The notes beneath the pieces were generated by a model. The model had not been told where the DNA came from. It ran no database searches and saw nothing but the letters and a program-made list of their open reading frames with translations. Of a stretch of 64,000 bases of DNA, positions 57,504 through 64,000 are shown in pieces. Both the position numbers and the translations under genes were made by a program. Positions within the stretch are counted from its first letter, which is position 1. The number at the start of each line of letters is the position of its first letter. This DNA is from Alphaproteobacteria bacterium (lineage in GTDB: Bacteria; Pseudomonadota; Alphaproteobacteria; Caulobacterales; Parvularculaceae): the NCBI GenBank assembly GCA_030428745.1, contig JAUIEG010000001.1, forward strand, positions 43,815 to 107,814. The letters run 5' to 3'.

Positions 57504-59423
57504 TTAACTCCGGGCTGCCTGTTTCGCTGCTTCCCATCCTTTCACAAGACGTCCGAAGTTCTCAATCAATTCCATCTTCAGCTCGTCGTCGGAGATATCT
57601 CTGCTGAGCCATTTGCGCGTTGCTTCATTGAATATGGTCCTCCCAATGGCGAACCCCCTGACCAGCGGACACCGCGCCGCGGCTGAAAAGGATCGGATAA
57701 GTTCGTCTTCAGCCGCGGCAAGGCCCAAAACTACAATACCTCGGCAACAAGGGTCGTACTTTCCGATGACCGACGAAATCGCGCTCCACGTCGCATCATC
57801 GTCAGAAGGTTCAAGTTTCCACCAGTCTGGATAAACTCCCAGGTCATAGATTTTTTCCATTACGAGCGCGATTGTCGTCTCATCGCACTCGCCGTGCTTT
57901 GAGGCGATGATCTCCACCAGCAATTCATGGCGCGTGCGCCGGCAGGCGTCGAAGAGCCGCACAAGCTGGCGCTGCTGCGCCTGTTCCAAAGGTTCCGGAT
58001 CATCGGGATGATAAAAGATCAGGCATTTCGCAACATGATTAAGCGGCCAGGTATTCACCTCAACGCCGATGTCGCCCTGTTGTTCAAACGCGACCGGTCT
58101 TGATCCCGGCAGTTCAACCGGCCGTCCGATCCAATAGGGATAATCGGCGGCGACCTCGAGGCCGCGCTTGCCGTATCGGCTGTCGAGCAAAACGCCAAAC
58201 GAAGGGTCGCCCTGCGCTATTTCGTTCACCGCTTCAAAAGCGAGCAATTTCAGCTGCTGTAGACAATCCGGATCGCGACCAAACTCCGCGGCCATATCCT
58301 CCAGCTGAACCCGATGGTCGATCGCCATCACCTTAAGAGAGTCGTAGTCGCCAGTTCGTGTCGTTGACCAGTGTATATTCGCAAGCGTCCGGTCGTCTGC
58401 GAGATTTCTGGGAAGCGACTTCTGGCTAAGAAAATAGTCGAGCTCGGGCGCTGTAGGCATCGCTGGCGCGCATCCATGCCGCGAAACGACAATGGCCCCG
58501 GCGGCGTTCGCCAGTCGGCAGCACTCTTCTAATGCATCGCCGCGCAGCCATCCGCTTAAAAAGCCGCTCATGAATGCATCGCCGGCCCCAAGCACATTGA
58601 AGACTTCCACTTCAAACCCTTCGCCTTTCACGCCGTCATCAAGCGCGCCCGGAATAGCGCCGTCAAATGCAACGCATCCCAGCGGTCCACGCTTGCAGAC
58701 CAGCAAGGCATCGGTTTGCGCCCGGATGCGCTTAAGCGCGGCCACTGTGTCCTCGACGCCTCCTAGAATATGGATTTCCTCTTCGGTGCCAACGATGAGA
58801 TCGCAGTCGGGCAATATGCCTTGCAAGCTTCTGGTCACGTCATCATTCGACACAAACCGATCTTCGCCGCGATCAGGATTTGTCAGCCCCCAGAGCACCG
58901 GCCGGTAATCGATGTCGAAGATAACTTTTCGCCCTGCTTCCTTTGCGCAAGCGATTGCCTTGCAGCTTGCGGCCCGGACCCCTTCCTGTGACAGATGCGT
59001 GCCGGTCACCAGAACTGCGCCGGCGGATTTGACGAAGGCCGGATCGATATCGTCAGCGCTCAGCGCCATGTCGGCGCAATTCTCGCGATAAAAGATCAAA
59101 GGGAATGTATCTCGGTCGCGAATGCCCAGAATTACAAGCGCCGTCAGCCGATTCTCGTCCTTTTTGACGCCCTCAACATTGACCCCTTCGCGCGTCATCT
59201 GCTCGAGTAGGAAACGGCCCATATGGTCGTCGCCTACGCCGGTTATGATCGCGCTGTTTAATCCGAGACGCGCCGCTCCGATGGCGATATTGGCTGGACA
59301 CCCGCCCACATATTTCGCGAAGGACCCCATGTCTTCGAGGCGTCCGCCTGCTTGCTCCCCGTAGAGATCGACGCTGGAACGGCCTATTGTGATCAGATCG
59401 ATATCCGTTTTCAGCTTGGTCAT
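57504..59423 (-). CDS. iolC: 5-dehydro-2-deoxygluconokinase fused to DUF2090 aldolase-like domain
   Basis: IGRSSVDLYG, PLIFYRENCAD, NVLGAGDAF; C-domain AIDHR, PDWWKLE, GFAIGRTIF. Confidence 0.95.
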   Translation of the reverse strand: MTKLKTDIDLITIGRSSVDLYGEQAGGRLEDMGSFAKYVGGCPANIAIGAARLGLNSAIITGVGDDHMGRFLLEQMTREGVNVEGVKKDENRLTALVILGIRDRDTFPLIFYRENCADMALSADDIDPAFVKSAGAVLVTGTHLSQEGVRAASCKAIACAKEAGRKVIFDIDYRPVLWGLTNPDRGEDRFVSNDDVTRSLQGILPDCDLIVGTEEEIHILGGVEDTVAALKRIRAQTDALLVCKRGPLGCVAFDGAIPGALDDGVKGEGFEVEVFNVLGAGDAFMSGFLSGWLRGDALEECCRLANAAGAIVVSRHGCAPAMPTAPELDYFLSQKSLPRNLADDRTLANIHWSTTRTGDYDSLKVMAIDHRVQLEDMAAEFGRDPDCLQQLKLLAFEAVNEIAQGDPSFGVLLDSRYGKRGLEVAADYPYWIGRPVELPGSRPVAFEQQGDIGVEVNTWPLNHVAKCLIFYHPDDPEPLEQAQQRQLVRLFDACRRTRHELLVEIIASKHGECDETTIALVMEKIYDLGVYPDWWKLEPSDDDATWSAISSVIGKYDPCCRGIVVLGLAAAEDELIRSFSAAARCPLVRGFAIGRTIFNEATRKWLSRDISDDELKMELIENFGRLVKGWEAAKQAARS

Positions 59424-59456
59424 TCATATCCCTTTTCACCGCTCCGGACGGCGCTT

Positions 59457-59501
59457 TGAAACGTATATTCTATTTTTTTGTTTTTTGCAATTACCGTTTC
59501 A
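59457..59501. promoter_or_regulatory. Two IolR-like operators in the iolC / dehydrogenase divergent region
   Basis: TAGAATATACGTTTCA (minus, 59457-59472) and GCAATTACCGTTTCA (plus, 59487-59501). Confidence 0.65.
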
Positions 59502-59550
59502 GATATGATCCGGATCATATAAGCTGCACCAAAACGAGGGAGAGCGCCCA

Positions 59551-60672
59551 GTGAATAGTCTTAATGTCGGGCTTATTGGTACAGGCTATATCGGTAAGAG
59601 CCACGCCTTGGGATTCCGCAACGCTAGGGCCTTGTTTCCCCACGTTCCGGATCTGAAACTGGCGTGCGTATGCGATCTCGACTCTGCGCTGGCGGAAAGT
59701 CTGCGCGCTGATTTTGACTTTTACCGCGCCACGACAGACTGGCGCGACATTATTTCCGATAAAAGTATCGATCTTGTCTCGATTGCGACGCCAAACGCCT
59801 TGCACCGAGAGATGGCAGTGGCCGCGATTGACGCAGGCAAGCATGTGTATTGCGAAAAGCCTATGGGAGTGTCGCTCGACGAAGCCCATATGATGGCCCA
59901 AAAAGCGGAGCAATCGTCCGTCAGCACACTCCTTGCCTATAACTATCTGCGCAGCCCCGCTTTTGCACATGTGCAAAAACTTGTCCGCAGCGGAAAAATC
60001 GGGCGCCTCTATTTTTTCAGGGGCGTGTGCGAAGAAGAATATATGGCGGATCCGGCCGCACCCTTCAGTTGGCGATGCAGCAGGAATATGGCGGGCACTG
60101 GAGCGCTCGGCGATCTCGGCGCTCATCTCCTTTGCCTGATGATAAGCATCATGGGATCACCGAAAGAACTTGTTGCCGAATTATCCACAGTAATTCCCTC
60201 CCGCAGGACCGGCGGCTCCGCCGAAACCAGTCACGAGGTGGAAAATGACGATGTCGCGCACGCGATGCTTAAGTTCGATGATGGCGCGACAGCGTCGTTC
60301 ACAACCAGCCGTGTTTCGTGGGGACGAAAAAACAAGCTCGCTTTCGACATTTACGGTGAGAAAGGTTCAATTCATTTCGATCAGGAGAGGATGAACGAAA
60401 TCCTGTTGTTTGAGAAAGACGCAGAGGAAGAAAACAATGGCTATCGCACTATACTAACTGGCGCGTTCCATCCCCCTTATGGCCGCTTTATTCCTTCCGC
60501 CGGCCACCAAATCGGTTTCAATGATCTAAAAACCATCGAGATCGCAATGTTCGCCGAGTCGATCGCCGAACAAAAACCTTTGTTTCCAACTTTCGGCGAC
60601 GGCATCATCATCGAAAAATGTATAGCGGCCATGGTCGCGTCGGCTGCACGCCGAAGCTGGGAGCCGATCTAG
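59551..60672 (+). CDS. Gfo/Idh/MocA oxidoreductase (inositol-isomer dehydrogenase-like)
   Basis: IGTGYIG, ATPNALH, HVYCEKP, GALGDLGAH. Confidence 0.88.
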   Translation: MNSLNVGLIGTGYIGKSHALGFRNARALFPHVPDLKLACVCDLDSALAESLRADFDFYRATTDWRDIISDKSIDLVSIATPNALHREMAVAAIDAGKHVYCEKPMGVSLDEAHMMAQKAEQSSVSTLLAYNYLRSPAFAHVQKLVRSGKIGRLYFFRGVCEEEYMADPAAPFSWRCSRNMAGTGALGDLGAHLLCLMISIMGSPKELVAELSTVIPSRRTGGSAETSHEVENDDVAHAMLKFDDGATASFTTSRVSWGRKNKLAFDIYGEKGSIHFDQERMNEILLFEKDAEEENNGYRTILTGAFHPPYGRFIPSAGHQIGFNDLKTIEIAMFAESIAEQKPLFPTFGDGIIIEKCIAAMVASAARRSWEPI

Positions 60673-60711
60673 CCGACCTTTTTGAAAAAGTTTTTCATTA
60701 TTTACATTTTA

Positions 60712-60727
60712 TGGAATTTTTGTTCTA
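60712..60727 (+). promoter_or_regulatory. IolR-like operator upstream of SSS transporter
   Basis: TGGAATTTTTGTTCTA (GGAA-N6-TTC). Confidence 0.55.
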
Positions 60728-60829
60728 ATGCCCGGGAGGGCGGATATCCAAACATAAATCCCGTGCAGACGTTCTGCGTCCGGCGCTGAAGAAAACTCCT
60801 TCGCCCCGTCAATAGGTTGGGAACGTCAC

Positions 60830-62452
60830 ATGATCTGGACGATTGCTTCATTTGTTCTGTTCACCCTTCTGGTCGGGGTGATTGTCTGGCTCGTTACGCG
60901 GCGCGATAAGCTATCGGGGTCAGACGAATATTTTCTGGGCGGCCGGCAGCTTACGGCATGGGTGATTGCCGGCTCGCTTATCCTCACCAATCTGTCTACG
61001 GAACACCTTATCGGTCTTAATGGCGACGCCTTTACCCATACAGTCGCCGTAATGGCGTGGGAAACAACCGCCGCGCTCGCTATGGTATTGACGGCGCTGT
61101 ATTTTCTTCCGCGCTACCTAAAGCGCGGACTGACAACAATTCCGCAGTTTCTGGCTGAACGCTACGATACGACGACAGCAACCATCGCGACACTGCTCTT
61201 TCTCTTTTCCTACGTGATCGCAATCCTTCCGGTCGTCTTGTTATTTGGGGCGTCGGGATTGGAAGCGCTTTTCAACGTCTCTGGAAATCTCGGCATTAGT
61301 GACGGCGCGGCCCGGTGGCTCATTATCTGGATCGTCGGTACGATCGGCTCACTATACGCAATCTTCGGCGGACTGCGCGCGGTCGCGCTTTCCGACACGA
61401 TCAATGGCATTGGCTTCCTCATGCTTGGCTTGCTGATACCAGCGCTTGGCCTGATGGCGATCGGTGAAGGAAACGTCATTGAAGGCGCGAGCCGCCTCTA
61501 TCAGCAAGAAACCCCTAAATTCGACATTACAGGCGACGAACCCGGTTCATTTCTTCCATTCAGCGTTTTGTTCACCGGCATGGTCGTAAACCAGATTTTC
61601 TTTTGGTGCGCCAACCAATCCATCATGCAGCGTGCGCTCGGCGCAAAGAATTTAAAAGAAGGGCAGAAAGGCGTCCTGATTGCAGCCGGGTTCAAGATTC
61701 TCGGTCCGCTCATTATCGTGCTGCCGGGGATCATCGCCTTTTACATGTTCAAAAACGAGCTGAGCCCGGATCAATCAATGCTTGCTTACCCCACACTCGT
61801 AAAAGCGGTATTGCCTGCGCCATTGGAAGGCATTTTCGCGGCGGTCATGGTCGGCGCGGTGCTCAGCACCTTTAACAGCGTCCTGAACAGCTCCGCCACG
61901 CTCTTCAGCAAGAATGTCTATGAAACGGTCATTCGAAAAAATCCGTCGCAAAAGGAATTGGTCCTTTCGGGTCGCATATGCAGCATCGCTCTCGCGCTCG
62001 GCGCCATGACGATTGCCCCCATGATTGATACGACCGGCAGCGTCTACAACTATCTTCAGACCATCAATGCGACTTTTTTCGGCCCTATGCTGGCGGTCAT
62101 CCTCGCCGGCTACATGACCAAATGGGCCTCTCCTCTTGCCGCCAAAACCGGTCTAATTGTCGGGCCGTTTCTGTTTTATCTTCTTGTTTTCGCCTTCGGA
62201 CCCGAGACCCAATCGATATTGAAGTCTGCTTTCAATCTTCAACACGACGTCCATTTCCTGCATTTCCTCGCATTCGTCTTCGTCATGACGGCCATTATTG
62301 TCGCTGTCGTCAGCCGTTTTTCGCCTGTCACAAAAGTCTATGAGGCGGTATATTCAAACGATGTCGATATGACGCCTTGGCGTTTCGCAAAACCTGCCTC
62401 CGCAATCATCGTCATAGTAACGATTGCAGTTTATGCATTACTTGCGCAGTGA
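60830..62452 (+). CDS. Sodium:solute symporter, probable myo-inositol transporter
   Basis: YFLGGR, LTNLSTEHLIGLNG, GGLRAV, NQSIMQRALGAK; iol context. Confidence 0.88.
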   Translation: MIWTIASFVLFTLLVGVIVWLVTRRDKLSGSDEYFLGGRQLTAWVIAGSLILTNLSTEHLIGLNGDAFTHTVAVMAWETTAALAMVLTALYFLPRYLKRGLTTIPQFLAERYDTTTATIATLLFLFSYVIAILPVVLLFGASGLEALFNVSGNLGISDGAARWLIIWIVGTIGSLYAIFGGLRAVALSDTINGIGFLMLGLLIPALGLMAIGEGNVIEGASRLYQQETPKFDITGDEPGSFLPFSVLFTGMVVNQIFFWCANQSIMQRALGAKNLKEGQKGVLIAAGFKILGPLIIVLPGIIAFYMFKNELSPDQSMLAYPTLVKAVLPAPLEGIFAAVMVGAVLSTFNSVLNSSATLFSKNVYETVIRKNPSQKELVLSGRICSIALALGAMTIAPMIDTTGSVYNYLQTINATFFGPMLAVILAGYMTKWASPLAAKTGLIVGPFLFYLLVFAFGPETQSILKSAFNLQHDVHFLHFLAFVFVMTAIIVAVVSRFSPVTKVYEAVYSNDVDMTPWRFAKPASAIIVIVTIAVYALLAQ

Positions 62453-62458
62453 GTAATG

Positions 62459-63304
62459 TCAGTCGCTCGCGATGTCTTTGGGGTTCTGAAAGGCGTATCC
62501 GATGACGATGGACTGCGCGAGGCACATGGACACGCTGAGCGACCTGAACTGCCTTACTTCACCATCTTTCACGGTCAGAGCCACCGAAGCATGGGTCGAA
62601 AGCGGGTTCACCCGGCTGTCGCTGATTGTCACGATCTTGCATTTTTTTTCTGCGGCGCCGGCAACCGTTTCGAGGGTTTCCGGCGAATACGGGGGAAAGC
62701 TGACGGCGATCATGAGATCACGCGACGTCATGGAGCGATTGTAGGAATGATAGTAAGCGCCAACGCCATCGATGAAGAACGTCCGCTTGTTGAGCCGCGA
62801 CAAGGCATATGCGAAATAGGACGCGATAGGAAACGCTCTTCCAAAACCAGCCACATATACGTTTTCACTGTCGGATATGAACTTGATCACCTCGTTCAAA
62901 TCGCGCTCCGAAATGTCCTCTCGCAAATGCCCAAGAGCAAGAATATTGCTATCTACAAATTCAGAGAGAATTTGCATCGGCCCCGTGACTTTCGCCTTGC
63001 CGACCTCATCTTTGAACTGCCTGATGCGCTCCGCGTAACCAAGGCTCGACTGTCCGGCGAGCAGGTCGTCGCGAAAAAGCTTTTGCATTTGGCTGGCGCC
63101 ATCGAACCCGAAGGATTTCGCAAACCGGACGATCGCCGAAGGCTGCACGCCGCATCGATCCGCGAGCACCGCAACCGTTTCAAGGGCAAAATCGTTTGGC
63201 TCGTCCAGAACGTACTTTGCAATTTGCTGAAGTCTCTTGCTCAGAGAATCGTAATTCTCAAGAACGCTTGCGCGAAGCGCCTCAATCGTTTTCGGCGGAG
63301 TCAT
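62459..63304 (-). CDS. iolR: RpiR/MurR-family repressor IolR
   Basis: LSKRLQQIA, VQPSAIVRFAKSFGFDG HTH + SIS domain; iol context. Confidence 0.88.
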   Translation of the reverse strand: MTPPKTIEALRASVLENYDSLSKRLQQIAKYVLDEPNDFALETVAVLADRCGVQPSAIVRFAKSFGFDGASQMQKLFRDDLLAGQSSLGYAERIRQFKDEVGKAKVTGPMQILSEFVDSNILALGHLREDISERDLNEVIKFISDSENVYVAGFGRAFPIASYFAYALSRLNKRTFFIDGVGAYYHSYNRSMTSRDLMIAVSFPPYSPETLETVAGAAEKKCKIVTISDSRVNPLSTHASVALTVKDGEVRQFRSLSVSMCLAQSIVIGYAFQNPKDIASD

Positions 63305-63350
63305 TTTTCTTGCCCTCAGCGTCAGGATGCGTTGCAGCGAGATCGGAGTT

Positions 63351-63365
63351 GGAATATATTTTTCA
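63351..63365 (+). promoter_or_regulatory. IolR-like operator between iolR and iolG
   Basis: GGAATATATTTTTCA. Confidence 0.55.
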
Positions 63366-63414
63366 ATATTAGAATAAATCGTTTATTTCATTTCCGCAAA
63401 CAGGAACACCCGTC

Positions 63415-64000
63415 ATGCATGTAGTTGCAATCGTAGGCGCCGGCCGGATTGGCGCGATCCACGCCCGAAATGCAGCCCTAAACCCCCGGTTGCGCCTTGC
63501 CTATGTCATTGATCCGTCGGCGGAAGCGGCGGGGAAACTTGCGGCGGCTCACGACGCAGAAACCGCAACGCTTGATTCGGCGCTGTCAGATCCCGCGCTG
63601 AAGGGCGTTATCGTGGCGAGTTCGACCGATACTCATCTTGAGGTCGCCCTCAAGGCCGTCAAGGCGGGAAAGTCGGTGTTTTGCGAAAAGCCGATTGATC
63701 TGTCGATCGAAAAAGTTAGCAGCTGCGCTGAAGCATTCGCAGATGCAAATTTCTTTCTTGGCTTCAACCGCAGATTTGATCCCAACTTCCGCGCCCTGTG
63801 GACGAGATTGCGCGCGGGTGAGGTCGGCGCCCTCGAGACGGTTCACATCATTAGTCATGATCCGGCGCCCCCGCCCCTCTCTTATATCGATGTGAGCGGA
63901 GGCCTCTTTCGCGATATGACTATTCACGACTTCGACATGGCCCGCTGGATTACTGGCGAAGATATTGTTGAAGTCTATGCGGCCGGCGAATGCCTCGTCG
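63415..64000 (+). CDS. iolG: Inositol 2-dehydrogenase (runs off window)
   Basis: Read from DNA: MHVVAIVGAGRIGAIH...STDTH...FCEKP...GFNRRFDP...SGGLFRDMTIHDFDMARW. Confidence 0.92.
   Translation, partial: MHVVAIVGAGRIGAIHARNAALNPRLRLAYVIDPSAEAAGKLAAAHDAETATLDSALSDPALKGVIVASSTDTHLEVALKAVKAGKSVFCEKPIDLSIEKVSSCAEAFADANFFLGFNRRFDPNFRALWTRLRAGEVGALETVHIISHDPAPPPLSYIDVSGGLFRDMTIHDFDMARWITGEDIVEVYAAGECLV

Noticed and set aside
62456-63424. 322-aa + strand ORF
   Set aside because: Antisense shadow of iolR.
1-64000. CRISPR arrays, rRNA, long tandem repeats, integrase or transposase genes
   Set aside because: None seen on reading. Repetitive tracts are His- or Met-rich coding segments.

Overview
Alphaproteobacterial accessory DNA (tRNA-Asp sequence and iol gene architecture point that way) in three blocks. 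(1) 1-33 kb is a copper/heavy-metal region: copB, a CPH-type P1B ATPase, CusF-like, CopC/CopD, DUF2231/DUF5676/DUF4396/YHS proteins, a CnrYXH-like sensor/anti-sigma/ECF operon and a CorE-like Cys-rich ECF sigma. It also carries unexpected metabolic cargo: beta-CASP hydrolase + AMP-phosphorylase-like + PRPP-synthetase-like, ppsA + D-2-hydroxyacid dehydrogenase + archaeal-type GAPDH, ppk2, cfa, cti and a YbhGFSR-like ABC exporter. The intergenic DNA contains five GAG(G/T)G-N16-CGTA and two TGTAA(C/G)-N16-CG(T/A)CTT promoter-like motifs. Their placement suggests a two-tier ECF sigma cascade controlling this cargo, which is my best candidate for an undescribed system. (2) 33-42 kb is a LysR / metC-like / APC / threonine-synthase-like / TonB receptor / Rid locus, followed by a 46-bp tRNA-Asp 3' fragment (att-like site) at 42704-42749. 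(3) 42.8-64 kb is a phytate-to-inositol utilisation locus: two TonB receptors, tandem beta-propeller phytase, alkaline phosphatase, phosphate porin, iolABEDC, two dehydrogenases, an SSS transporter and iolR. IolR-like operators occur there, including one in the phytase/receptor promoter. No CRISPR array, rRNA, intact tRNA, integrase or transposase was seen. All calls come from motif recognition by eye, without database searches.
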